Shown here piece by piece: positions 9,970 through 19,967 of a DNA stretch of 64,000 bases; within the stretch, counting starts at the first letter, position 1; every line of letters begins with the position of its first letter. Source of the stretch: Pseudomonas phage PhiPA3; the sequence record HQ630627.1; one strand, 5' to 3'. The notes under the pieces are model-generated. The model searched no databases. It was given only the letters and a program-made list of their open reading frames with translations, and was not told the origin of the DNA. The position numbers and the translations under genes were made by a program.

Positions 9970-11436
9970 ATGGGTCTGTATGCGGCAATCGTCAATCACG
10001 ACGAGATGCTTGCCAATGCAACTGGCAAGATCGTATTCGCAAATGACTTCAATACCAGTAACGCAGAACAGAAGGAGGAATTCACGCGACATCTGTATTC
10101 GCATTATCAGGATGCAGACGCCATTGAGAACTCGGCCTCGTGTGAATGTGAACACATCACAGATGCACACAAGCTCGGCGTAATCTGTGAAGTTTGTGGT
10201 ACACCTGTTGTTAGTACATCTAATCGTCCCATTGTTCCATCGATGTGGGTACGTGCACCGGAAGGGGTGGTGAGTCTGGTTAGTCCGGAACTCTGGATCA
10301 TGCTCAGTGGGTATATGACCATGAAGGAGTTCGACTTCCTGGAATATCTCACAAACACGGGCTATAGTTACGACTACGACACCATCAGCTCCAAAGAAAC
10401 CAAAAAGAAACTTGACAAGCTGTTACAACGTGGGTTTACTCGCGGCTTGAACCATTTCATCGAGAACTTTGATGAGATTTTTCAGTTCTTGCTTGATGCA
10501 AACATTATTAACAATAACAAAGGCGAGATGTATGCCTTTGTACAACAGAACAAACATAAGCTGTTCCCGAAGAATCTTCCAATCCCCTCCAAACTGTGTT
10601 TTGTGGTAGAATCAACCACATCGGGTACGTACATCGATAAACCAATTGCTGCTGCAATTGATGCGGTGTTGACCATCAGTTCGATTGGTTCATCTCCGAT
10701 TGAACTTAAGTCGATCGTTGTCCAAAATCGGGTAGCGCGATTCCTCAAATTGAATGCTACCTTCCACGAGAACTATGACAAACAACGGATAGCTCAGAAA
10801 CAGGGCCTGATTCGTCGACACGTCTTGGGTGGCCGTCTTAACCTGACCGCTCGGGCAGTAATCACCTCGATCAGTTCTCCGCATGATTACGATGAACTGC
10901 ATATCCCGTGGGGTGTTGGCTGTCAGCTATTGAAGTATCACCTGGTCAACAAGCTGAAACGTAAGTTCCGTATGACCACCCGAGATGCGATGTCCTACAT
11001 CTATTCGAAGGTACTAGCGTACGATCCGATGCTCGATAGCCTCTTCAAGGAAATCATTGCAGAATCCAAGTACAAAGGCCTGGCTGCGGTATTCCACCGT
11101 AACCCGACTCTACAACGTGGTTCGACTCAGCAGTTCTTCATCACCAAAGTGAAGAGCGACATCAGGGATAATTCCATCAGCATGTCTGTGCTATGTCTGA
11201 AGGCACCTAACGCGGATTTTGACGGCGATCAACTGAACTTGACGCTGATGCCTGATAACTATCTGGCTGATGCAACTGACCGAATCGCTCCTTGGAGCTG
11301 GGTACTGAGTACGGATGATCCCCATGAAATTTCGGGGAACTTGGAATTACAAGGCCCGGTTGTCGAGACGATCATTAACTTTGCTCACGAGGACTATCTC
11401 CCGCCGCTCGAAGAGTGGTTGAAGATGGCTGCCTAA
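9970..11436 (+). CDS. multisubunit RNA polymerase beta' subunit, N-terminal part (phiKZ gp55-like)
   Basis: Zn-finger CECEH...CEVCG aligns with the E. coli beta' CLCG...CEKCG, plus the catalytic NADFDGDQLNL motif. Confidence 0.85.
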   Translation: MGLYAAIVNHDEMLANATGKIVFANDFNTSNAEQKEEFTRHLYSHYQDADAIENSASCECEHITDAHKLGVICEVCGTPVVSTSNRPIVPSMWVRAPEGVVSLVSPELWIMLSGYMTMKEFDFLEYLTNTGYSYDYDTISSKETKKKLDKLLQRGFTRGLNHFIENFDEIFQFLLDANIINNNKGEMYAFVQQNKHKLFPKNLPIPSKLCFVVESTTSGTYIDKPIAAAIDAVLTISSIGSSPIELKSIVVQNRVARFLKLNATFHENYDKQRIAQKQGLIRRHVLGGRLNLTARAVITSISSPHDYDELHIPWGVGCQLLKYHLVNKLKRKFRMTTRDAMSYIYSKVLAYDPMLDSLFKEIIAESKYKGLAAVFHRNPTLQRGSTQQFFITKVKSDIRDNSISMSVLCLKAPNADFDGDQLNLTLMPDNYLADATDRIAPWSWVLSTDDPHEISGNLELQGPVVETIINFAHEDYLPPLEEWLKMAA

Positions 11437-11456
11437 ATCAACAGGAGACAATCGTA

Positions 11457-12068
11457 ATGAATTCGGCCTACGGCGTGGATTTGATGGACATCGCCGCTGG
11501 TGGACACCTGGATCAGCAAACAACCAACTGGCTAGGCTCGCGCATTGAAACCATGCGCAATACATTGTCTAGCGCGGCAATGGGGTTCTTTGACCAAGCG
11601 CGCAACATGTACCAGATGATCAGCGCCAACGATGCGGTTCAGGCTCTACGGAATCTGAATGCAAAAGTGGATAACGTCTGGAATGCCAACAACGTACACT
11701 ACTGCAACAGTCTGGAGCAGATTCAAACTGCGAACCCGATCATGCAGCGGTGGATTATGGCCATGCCCACAGTTCGTTCAATGTATCTGAACAACTCGCT
11801 GGAAGGATACGCTGATTCGTATGTGAATCACCACGGTGACGCCATTGGCGCAGCTCATTATGACTATCGTCGTGTAATGGACGGCATTGTTGAGGTCGCT
11901 GATGACCACTTCAAGGTTACTCATTATTACGAAGAGACGCCTGCTGAGGAGCGCCCGTTCACTCTCCACGAACAAGTGGATATCATTCGGACTTGGAACC
12001 TGGTTCAACAGGAACTGGATAAGAATGAGATGGATCCGACCAGTCCGGTCGGAAACATGATGGGTTAA
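11457..12068 (+). CDS. hypothetical protein (203 aa)
   Basis: ATG with AGGAGA RBS. Confidence 0.5.
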   Translation: MNSAYGVDLMDIAAGGHLDQQTTNWLGSRIETMRNTLSSAAMGFFDQARNMYQMISANDAVQALRNLNAKVDNVWNANNVHYCNSLEQIQTANPIMQRWIMAMPTVRSMYLNNSLEGYADSYVNHHGDAIGAAHYDYRRVMDGIVEVADDHFKVTHYYEETPAEERPFTLHEQVDIIRTWNLVQQELDKNEMDPTSPVGNMMG

Positions 12069-12075
12069 CGCCATA

Positions 12076-12115
12076 AGAGAGAGCCCTTCGGGGCTCTCTC
12101 GCTTTATTTTATTTT
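12076..12115 (+). terminator. hairpin agagagccc-ttcg-gggctctct followed by TTTATTTTATTTT
   Basis: classic intrinsic terminator. Confidence 0.6.
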
Positions 12116-12205
12116 GTTTGGAGTAGTCATGGACCTTTACCATTCCTGCTTAATCATGTGAGCCCTGCGGAGTCTTCGGACTCCGCTTCAATTCCCTAAT
12201 TTTTT

Positions 12206-12619
12206 TTGGGTGTTCACATGCCTGCTATCCCAACTTTAGACAGCCAAGGCTGGCTTTCGGACGTAGCCTCGAAGGCAGACTACGTTTTGTCATGCTTCCT
12301 AGCCACTAACCGTTCGCAATCCACACTGCACCGTGAACAAAATACCTCGATGCAATATCTGTTGAAGAAGAATGCCAATCGCACCCAATCCCTAGAGACA
12401 GATCTTCAGAATGCCTTACTGGAGAAACTGCAAACCACATTCGATGAAACGGCACAAGCTATCGTCACTGTGGAAGTATCTGATCCAAATGTACCGGACC
12501 AATACTCCATTCGGTTTACTGGGATTGTTTACGATGGCACTAAACAGTATACAGTCGGAAAACTGGTTCAGTTCCAGAATTCTCGTATCATCAACATCGC
12601 AGCTATCAACAACGGTTAA
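12206..12619 (+). CDS. hypothetical protein (137 aa)
   Basis: ORF after the terminator/promoter region. Confidence 0.45.
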   Translation: MGVHMPAIPTLDSQGWLSDVASKADYVLSCFLATNRSQSTLHREQNTSMQYLLKKNANRTQSLETDLQNALLEKLQTTFDETAQAIVTVEVSDPNVPDQYSIRFTGIVYDGTKQYTVGKLVQFQNSRIINIAAINNG

Positions 12620-12623
12620 TACA

Positions 12624-13163
12624 ATGTCCGAACAAGTTCATAATCCGAATGACCCCATCGATCAACTGTCTATTGAAGTCAACCGTTTGCGTCAAGAGAA
12701 TGATGCACTGAGTAAGCGGTTGGTTATGACTGAGAAAGCGGTACAAGAGCTCCTTACTCATACTCGTACCTCCATTGAACTGCAGGAACTAGTGATTACA
12801 CGTGTTCTGCATAAGTTCTTTGATGGTCTGACCCATTCGCTGGAACATTCCATCACGGCTGCTCAAACCGAATACATGAACCGCAAGCGTGGTTTCGAGA
12901 TTCGGGTAGTTGATGGCATTGAAGAGAAAGAGACTCCACACTCGATCATTGTTACCAAGAATGAAGACGGCACGTACGACTTCGCTGCTTCGTCAACTCC
13001 AGACAAGATCGATAATTCCAACACCGAACGTTTCGTTGATTTTCTGAACCACGAACCACAACTGTTCGAATCGAGTAACCAGATCCTGATTAACATCTAT
13101 GCCCATACAGAGCATGTGAAGGCAGTCGAGGAGCAACTCAATGAGCAGCAAACAGCCAACTAA
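12624..13163 (+). CDS. hypothetical protein (coiled-coil, 179 aa)
   Basis: ATG directly after the upstream stop; the longer 12411 start overlaps the previous gene. Confidence 0.45.
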   Translation: MSEQVHNPNDPIDQLSIEVNRLRQENDALSKRLVMTEKAVQELLTHTRTSIELQELVITRVLHKFFDGLTHSLEHSITAAQTEYMNRKRGFEIRVVDGIEEKETPHSIIVTKNEDGTYDFAASSTPDKIDNSNTERFVDFLNHEPQLFESSNQILINIYAHTEHVKAVEEQLNEQQTAN

Positions 13164-13779
13164 GGGTAGCCTTGAATACTACGAGGCGATACGTAACCAA
13201 CAGGCTACTATTGAAATTGAAGACGTGATGAATGTGATTATTGGGAACGATGAGCGACAACAACCCATCGTTACTGAAGACGTATTCGTCTCACGTATTC
13301 TCCCATTGTTGGTTCATCCGTGGAATATAGATAACCTTCGTATCTATCAGAGTTACGTAATCGAGCTTACTAATCCTCTGCGTGTAGCGGGACTGGTTGA
13401 CGGTAAAACGGAAGTTCTCTTTACTGTTCCCCCATTGTATCCGCGTCCAGATCTAACGCGTGCAGATGGACCAGGTACTGCCACTCTGGCTCACGTGTTT
13501 GATCACATTGCAATCCTTCGGTCCCGTACCTCAGACCAAGAGCAATTTGAACCGCAGATTGCGGCCTATCTGCATGACGTCTCTGTTCGCACTCCGATCG
13601 AGAAGTCGACTCTTGGTCCGCTTGCTCTAATTTTGGCCCGCTATGGTCGTGTGTTCGAAGATGCTGAAGGCAACCCACTGTATACGCTCGACGGTACAGT
13701 TGTTACTCAGGGTGGTCAAAGTACACACGCAACAGCGGAGCCGATGAGTTCCATTGTTGAAGGCGAATATGAAGACTGA
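13141..13779 (+). CDS. hypothetical protein (212 aa)
   Basis: translationally coupled overlap with flanking genes. Confidence 0.45.
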   Translation: MSSKQPTKGSLEYYEAIRNQQATIEIEDVMNVIIGNDERQQPIVTEDVFVSRILPLLVHPWNIDNLRIYQSYVIELTNPLRVAGLVDGKTEVLFTVPPLYPRPDLTRADGPGTATLAHVFDHIAILRSRTSDQEQFEPQIAAYLHDVSVRTPIEKSTLGPLALILARYGRVFEDAEGNPLYTLDGTVVTQGGQSTHATAEPMSSIVEGEYED

Positions 13780-14914
13780 TAAGACTAAAAAGCCTGGTCA
13801 GTTCCGTTACATTAGTTTTGGCGATGTCCATCTGGGGCATCGCCAGACTCCTACGGACAAGATTATCCAGAACCTTGATCTGGTGATCACGGACGACTTG
13901 CTTAAAGAATTGGATATGGTCATCATTACCGGCGATCTGTTTGATAGACAGCTGAATAATGGTGATGAAGTAGTACACCAGATCAACCGCTGGATGACGA
14001 TGTTTATGTTCCGTTGTGCGGCGTACAACGTCATGCTCCGTGTAGTTGAAGGCACACCAAGTCATGACCGGGAACAGTCTCAGTTCTTCGTAGAGCAGAA
14101 AGTAAACGCCAATATTCCGGTAGACCTCTATTACACCAAAGAACTAAGCATCGAGTACAATCAACGACTCGATGCACATTTCCTTTATGTCCCTGATAAG
14201 TGGCGACCGACCACACAGGAGACATTAGCCGAAGTTCGCGGTTTAATGGCGGAACGCAGCCTAGAGCAGGTCGACTTTGCAATAATGCATGGCGCATTTA
14301 GTTACCAGCTTCCCAGCATTGTTCCCGAACCTACTCACGATGAAAACGTGTATCTGGAGTTAGTTAAACACCAAATCCTGATTGGACATGTGCACAACAT
14401 GACCGTACACGAACGCATCTACGCAGCTGGATCGTTCGATCGGATTTGCCATGGGGATGAAATCCCTAAAGGCATGTTTGACTTTACAGTGTACGACAAC
14501 GGTAGTTACACAGCCACGTTCGTGGAGAACAAACGAGCTAAGCAGTTTGTTACTCTGGACGTCCACGGGTTCGATACCAAGCAATTGGCATTAACCGTCC
14601 GTGAGAAAGTCTCGGAACTTCCCAAGTATTCTGCCATTCGACTGCGTTGTGATCCAAACGACGTGGCTAACGGCGATATTGAAACCTTCCGTCGAGAATA
14701 TCCCAACATTGAGTGGTCGACGAAGGTAGAAAAACCTACCGCTAAGAAGAATACTGTGTTGGAAAGCATGAAGAACTTCGACATGTCTGAATTTGTCCCC
14801 ATCACTAAGGATAACATATCCCTTTTAATCGCAGAAGAAATGCGGCGACAAGGTGTCGATGAGGTACGAATTCAACGTAGTCAAGCACGCTTCGATAAAC
14901 TCAACCAGGTATAA
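13754..14914 (+). CDS. Mre11/SbcD-like calcineurin-type metallophosphoesterase nuclease
   Basis: motifs GDVHLG, GDLFD, GTPSHD, HGAF and GHVH in canonical order. Confidence 0.65.
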   Translation: MLKANMKTDKTKKPGQFRYISFGDVHLGHRQTPTDKIIQNLDLVITDDLLKELDMVIITGDLFDRQLNNGDEVVHQINRWMTMFMFRCAAYNVMLRVVEGTPSHDREQSQFFVEQKVNANIPVDLYYTKELSIEYNQRLDAHFLYVPDKWRPTTQETLAEVRGLMAERSLEQVDFAIMHGAFSYQLPSIVPEPTHDENVYLELVKHQILIGHVHNMTVHERIYAAGSFDRICHGDEIPKGMFDFTVYDNGSYTATFVENKRAKQFVTLDVHGFDTKQLALTVREKVSELPKYSAIRLRCDPNDVANGDIETFRREYPNIEWSTKVEKPTAKKNTVLESMKNFDMSEFVPITKDNISLLIAEEMRRQGVDEVRIQRSQARFDKLNQV

Positions 14915-14917
14915 AAC

Positions 14918-15748
14918 ATGGATCTCATTGAAAGAGAGGTTGGACAGATTCCTGTCAGCATCGGGACTTCTCTTGCCTTTGAGGGAATCTTGGGGATTCA
15001 TCCTGCGGAACCCAAGCAACCTATTGACGTTAAGTCGGTTAAGGAGATTTGGGTCAACCTTCGTACGTTGGCTCGAAATCTCTGGTCTGCTGTATCTACA
15101 TCAGATGTCCACTCTGTTAACCCTCGGGACGCAGTGGAGATACTGCTAAATGAGGTGCAGACAATTCCGGTGGCTCTGCTGCAAGCGAACTCCAAAATCA
15201 AGGTACGCTATTACATCGCGTCTACTGATGAGGTGAAATGGCTGTTCCCTAAGGCAGCTTTCAAAGAAGCCAAAACGCCAAAACAAATGGCATACGAAGT
15301 TTACGAACGATACGCCGCAATCGAATTACTCCAGCGCATGAAGGAGGAAAACATTGAGGTCATGGAGATTGCTCGTAAACCACCAAGAGCAGACGGAACG
15401 GTTGCGTTGCTCACCCACTTTCCACATGAACTACTATGGAAAGAACATTTCAACCGTCTTTTATTGTTAGAATCTCACACAGGGAAAATCAAGCCATACC
15501 AAATGTGGTATACAAAGCTACATGGTATCAAGGCGGACGATCAGCAACTCCCATTTACCAAGTTTACACTACAGGTGTTTGGTGATGGCGTTTTGCTAGA
15601 ACCGCAGTCCAAGGCTATAAAAGGTCAGCTTAAACAGTTGGCTAAGACCCGGAAATGGACTCCGGTCACCACCCAAGATAAGCTCTACCATGATATCCAA
15701 ACCCATGGTAGCAAAGAACTCAAAGAAGCTTACGCGCTATTGAGATGA
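14918..15748 (+). CDS. hypothetical protein (276 aa)
   Basis: ORF immediately after the nuclease gene. Confidence 0.45.
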   Translation: MDLIEREVGQIPVSIGTSLAFEGILGIHPAEPKQPIDVKSVKEIWVNLRTLARNLWSAVSTSDVHSVNPRDAVEILLNEVQTIPVALLQANSKIKVRYYIASTDEVKWLFPKAAFKEAKTPKQMAYEVYERYAAIELLQRMKEENIEVMEIARKPPRADGTVALLTHFPHELLWKEHFNRLLLLESHTGKIKPYQMWYTKLHGIKADDQQLPFTKFTLQVFGDGVLLEPQSKAIKGQLKQLAKTRKWTPVTTQDKLYHDIQTHGSKELKEAYALLR

Positions 15749-15833
15749 GTAGCTGGGGAAAAATACCTGCTTCCTCAATAGTACGTAGAACACTTTGCGC
15801 AAAGTGAATAATATTTCCAATTGGAGTTACACC

Positions 15834-16592
15834 ATGTCTCAACAACCTAATGCACCGGCTCTAAACGCTTTCTCGGTAATGTCCACCTGGCTCAGTGCCG
15901 ATCCAGTGGAGGGGGCACAGAAGCGACCGAGTCTGCGTTTCGGTGTATTCGGCAACGTACCGCGGATCTCTGTGAAGACCAACGTACCCAACGACCTCAA
16001 TAACGGTAAGATCGACTTCCGTTGCGATCTGGCTACCTTTGCTGCGGCGATGACTTACGCCGATGATCTGGTCAATGATAAACCAGGCGTACCTCAGGAA
16101 CGCAAGTTCATCTTCCAAGATGATTTCGTTGCTGGTAAGAAAATGGACAAAGTGATTCCGATCACTTCGTTGGTAATTGGTCGAGAGGCCAGTACTGGCC
16201 GCATCTACATCGCTGTGCTGTCTACCCAGCAACAGCGCCCCAAAATCAAGTTCTACTTTGGTCCGTCGAAGTTCCACAACATCCTCAATGGCGATGGTTC
16301 TCAGATCTCACCGAAGGAAATGTCGGAAGCTTACGCGGCTGGTTTCCTGAAACCAGCAACCGCAATCGTTTACCACATGATGGTTTCCGCATTTGATCCT
16401 AACGCCAAGAACGTAGCCAACCCGGCTAATTTTAACGGTGGCGGCAACGGTGGTGGAAATAACTACAACCGCGGCAATGGCGGCGGCAATTACAACCGTG
16501 GTAACAACGGCGGTGGTAATGGTGGTTATCAGAAGCCTTCTAGTGGTGGGTTCAGCGATTCTGGTTTCGACGACGAAATCCCGAACTTCTAA
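15834..16592 (+). CDS. SSB-like protein with G/N-rich linker and acidic C-terminal tip DDEIPNF
   Basis: C-terminal GGGNGGGNNYNRGNGGGN... followed by FDDEIPNF resembles the SSB interaction tail (DDDIPF); GGAG RBS. Confidence 0.4.
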   Translation: MSQQPNAPALNAFSVMSTWLSADPVEGAQKRPSLRFGVFGNVPRISVKTNVPNDLNNGKIDFRCDLATFAAAMTYADDLVNDKPGVPQERKFIFQDDFVAGKKMDKVIPITSLVIGREASTGRIYIAVLSTQQQRPKIKFYFGPSKFHNILNGDGSQISPKEMSEAYAAGFLKPATAIVYHMMVSAFDPNAKNVANPANFNGGGNGGGNNYNRGNGGGNYNRGNNGGGNGGYQKPSSGGFSDSGFDDEIPNF

Positions 16593-16664
16593 TCTTAACG
16601 TACAGCATCTCTTGGGACAAAAACCCGGAGATGCTGTATGCCCTCTCGGTCTCCAGCCAATAGA

Positions 16665-16680
16665 AAAAATCTTAGATCTA
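16665..16680 (+). promoter_or_regulatory. candidate early-type promoter AGATCTATATTACAGC
   Basis: contains TATATTAC, ~42 nt upstream of the 16722 start. Confidence 0.4.
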
Positions 16681-16721
16681 TATTACAGCTGTGTACCACC
16701 GGCAGTAACAAGGAGATAACA

Positions 16722-18299
16722 ATGCAGATCACCGTCACGGGTGTACAAGGCTCTGGATTCGTTGAGTGTACCATTAGCCATAAAGGCCAGTCCATCACAT
16801 GGAGCACCCGTGCTTATAGCAAGGTGAAACTTCAAGATCCAACACGAGTATTCAAGGAGATTAACGACTACCTGGAATATGCTGGAGAAGATGTACAGGA
16901 CAAGATTTGGAACGAATACAAACGTATTCGCGATCTGTTCAACATGGACTTTGATCCAAGCCACATCACTGCAACGCTGATTCATTATATCCAACAAATC
17001 TACAGCGTGTTGCCGATGAACAACATGCGTCGTTGGTTGTTGACCGTAGGTAACCTACACATCCCAGCAGATATTCAGAAAACCATCACAGAAGACTCCC
17101 GTTACAACAAACGCGAACAAACTTATCTACAGCACGACTACATCAACCTGGCAACGGTAGCATTGGCTCTGCGCGTCATGATTCCGATCTGGGGCGAGTA
17201 CATGGATCAAGGTACTGACCAAGATCTGTATCGTGAAAACGATGTCGTTGGTTTGATCTCTCGTTGTGAAGTGGCCAACTGGCCGGCGATGGAAACAGAT
17301 ACCGTGGGAGAGCCCGTAGATACAGCGTTCGACAAGCTGGAAGGGTACGTGCGCTTCTGCGTTGAAGATGAACCCACCACGTTGGGTCGTCTATGGTCTG
17401 GTATGTCGTCGGTAGAAATCCCAGTGCATCTACAGTCCAAGGTATTGGTTCGTCGTCTGACTATCGTTCCACTGAATGATCCGAGTTCCCACTCGATCGT
17501 TGCGAACGTATTCCGTTACGTACGTTCCAACCTGAACCCCACTGAACGCAGTACGGCTGATCGTGTAAACGAAAAGCGTCCTGAAGGAGGTAGCGGTGAT
17601 GAGGATGATAAAACTTCATTCATTGAAGCTCACAAGACTAAGGGTCGAGTGAGTCCAGGTGATATCGAAGCATTTAACATAGATGCAATGGACTATGAGC
17701 TTCTGGCTGAAACCGTAGACCCCACCATTAACAAAGCCATGCTCAAGGCATGCATCAACTGCATTGATTACATTGCTAACAAGGAAATTCGCCCACACCA
17801 AGTGCTCTTAGCACAATGGGTAATGGCTAAAGCATTTCCAGCACGGGCGTTCTATCACATCGATAAGATGCCGGTGAACCATCTGCTGGCAACCACCCAA
17901 GCACTACTGTGGCATTGGGGTTTCCTCGATGTAGCGATCTTCATGCAGGTTGAGCCACTGTATCATGGCGATCATCAATCATCCAACCAACTTAGCCAAA
18001 CCCGCAGCGGTGCCCGCATTGCTAACCGGTATAAGCCGATGTTGGATGAGCTGTATCCACACATGAAACTTGCGAAGGTCCCCCAAAGCGGTGAAATACC
18101 CAAACCAGACAACATGGCCGGTATTGCGATCAATAGCGCAAATGCTTCCATCCGTTCGTCTAACTGGGTTTTCCGCGGCCCGCCTGAGCTCTTCAATGCC
18201 GCCAATCAGGTAGCGCAGAATGATGTTCTAATGGTTCCACCTAACATCAAGCATGCCCTCACTGAGATGGTAATGCATTTGGCCAAGATCAACCAGTAA
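16722..18299 (+). CDS. hypothetical protein (525 aa)
   Basis: AAGGAG RBS. Confidence 0.5.
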   Translation: MQITVTGVQGSGFVECTISHKGQSITWSTRAYSKVKLQDPTRVFKEINDYLEYAGEDVQDKIWNEYKRIRDLFNMDFDPSHITATLIHYIQQIYSVLPMNNMRRWLLTVGNLHIPADIQKTITEDSRYNKREQTYLQHDYINLATVALALRVMIPIWGEYMDQGTDQDLYRENDVVGLISRCEVANWPAMETDTVGEPVDTAFDKLEGYVRFCVEDEPTTLGRLWSGMSSVEIPVHLQSKVLVRRLTIVPLNDPSSHSIVANVFRYVRSNLNPTERSTADRVNEKRPEGGSGDEDDKTSFIEAHKTKGRVSPGDIEAFNIDAMDYELLAETVDPTINKAMLKACINCIDYIANKEIRPHQVLLAQWVMAKAFPARAFYHIDKMPVNHLLATTQALLWHWGFLDVAIFMQVEPLYHGDHQSSNQLSQTRSGARIANRYKPMLDELYPHMKLAKVPQSGEIPKPDNMAGIAINSANASIRSSNWVFRGPPELFNAANQVAQNDVLMVPPNIKHALTEMVMHLAKINQ

Positions 18300-18320
18300 T
18301 TAAACAAGAGGTAGCTTACA

Positions 18321-19967
18321 ATGAACGGCTTCATCATGGGCGCCACTCCCGGTAATGGAAAGCTCCGGATCACGAAAATGATTGCAGTGCAGACGGGCAC
18401 CTATCAGGAACAACACGTCCGTCCGTTCAATATTAACGCCAACAAGGAGGCGGTACAACGCCTGGATATCGCTACTCGTGGTGGTAACAACTTGGGCGTT
18501 CAAGCTGTACAAGAAGTTGCCTCGGACATCATCGTTCCGCAAGCGATGGTAGAAGGCGTAGTTGGCATCAAAGAAGGCTGGCGTTCTCGCCGATTCCGTT
18601 TCATGATGAATGTGAATGAAACCCATCCATTCATTCAGGGTACTGTTACTCAGCGTATCTTCTTTGGTTATTCCGACCACTGCGATGCGTCTGCTCAGTA
18701 CCTGCCTGACGACATGCGTGTCTACTTCAACTCCGAAACGATCGTGGTGTCTGCTATTCAAAACACTGTGAATGGCCCTCAACGGGTCGTTAACATCGTC
18801 GGTACCAACCAGATCGTGTCTCCAGTCGATATGATGGGTGGTAGTAACGGCATGTTTGCCCGAGCTACTTCACATCTGTGCCGTCCTGAAGACATGTTCA
18901 ACATTCAACAAACCCAGACTGTTGCACAGCGCCTTCAGGACTCGGGTATGTTCGATGGAGTGATTGCTCGTTCGATCGATCACCGTACTATGGTTGGTGA
19001 AGGCGGCGCATTCAAATACAGTACGCGTCGTGATACCTCTCCTGTTCGTTATCTTTCCAACAGCTTGAATGCCTACCAGCATTCGGTCAAGGAACTGGCA
19101 ATGGCGGAGCATGGTGATGACATGTTCGGTCAGCCATCGCAGGAAGTTCTGTTCGGTGAAGCTGCATCTCACTGCCGTAATGCCAGTATTCACAGCAACA
19201 CTTTCCTGGCAATGCTGAAAGATCATGCAGGTTACATGGAACGTGGTTACGTTACTTGGGGTGAGTTGCGTGCGATCTTCCCGGAGCTGAACCAATATGG
19301 CCAGGGTGGTGTTACCAACTTCGCAATGGACAACGGCCGTTCGATTCAGAAAGTTTCGATGGCTGAAGACTCCGCTGGTTGGGCAGGTGCGGACTATACC
19401 TCCATTGGGGCAAGCCTGCTTGCACAAGCGATTCCATCGATCATGATGGACACCTATCTGCGCCGCATCAGCTTTGCTGTTACCAACGGCATGGGTCCGA
19501 ACAACTACGCTGTCGAAATTCATCCAACTGGTACCAAATCCATCATCGATGACCTGGACACAGCCACCATTACCAAACACATCATGGAATTCGAACGTCG
19601 TTTGGGTACTGACATTCTGAATAACATCAGTCGCGGTAACCAGATTCCGTTTAAGATTTCCATGGCCTCCGATCTGGCTGGTGATTCCGTAATCGATATC
19701 AGTGTTGGCGGTGAACCGGTTGCTCGATTCGTAGCACCGACTTTCTCCGACAGCCTGTTCTCGCCGGTAATCACTCGTAATGATCAACTACCGACTAACA
19801 TGTCTGGTGACCTGACTTGGTTGGTCCAACAAGTCATCCCGAATCAAATGCAAAATCAAGCAATCAACATGGTTGGCTATAACCACCCAGTTGCACCTGC
19901 CGCTACCATGTCTGCCAATACCAATCAAGGAGTAATGAATAATGTCGCTGACCTTGGACTGCTATAA
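18321..19967 (+). CDS. hypothetical protein (548 aa)
   Basis: AAGAGG RBS, long ORF. Confidence 0.5.
   Translation: MNGFIMGATPGNGKLRITKMIAVQTGTYQEQHVRPFNINANKEAVQRLDIATRGGNNLGVQAVQEVASDIIVPQAMVEGVVGIKEGWRSRRFRFMMNVNETHPFIQGTVTQRIFFGYSDHCDASAQYLPDDMRVYFNSETIVVSAIQNTVNGPQRVVNIVGTNQIVSPVDMMGGSNGMFARATSHLCRPEDMFNIQQTQTVAQRLQDSGMFDGVIARSIDHRTMVGEGGAFKYSTRRDTSPVRYLSNSLNAYQHSVKELAMAEHGDDMFGQPSQEVLFGEAASHCRNASIHSNTFLAMLKDHAGYMERGYVTWGELRAIFPELNQYGQGGVTNFAMDNGRSIQKVSMAEDSAGWAGADYTSIGASLLAQAIPSIMMDTYLRRISFAVTNGMGPNNYAVEIHPTGTKSIIDDLDTATITKHIMEFERRLGTDILNNISRGNQIPFKISMASDLAGDSVIDISVGGEPVARFVAPTFSDSLFSPVITRNDQLPTNMSGDLTWLVQQVIPNQMQNQAINMVGYNHPVAPAATMSANTNQGVMNNVADLGLL

Noticed and set aside
12411-12623. 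Long N-terminal extension of ORF 12411..13163 overlapping 12206..12619 (possible frameshift/overlap gene)
   Set aside because: An in-frame ATG at 12624 lies immediately after the upstream stop. The extension is fully embedded in the better-supported upstream gene.
18870-19787. 305-aa minus-strand ORF inside 18321..19967
   Set aside because: Antisense shadow ORF; the + ORF has an RBS and fits the operon strand.
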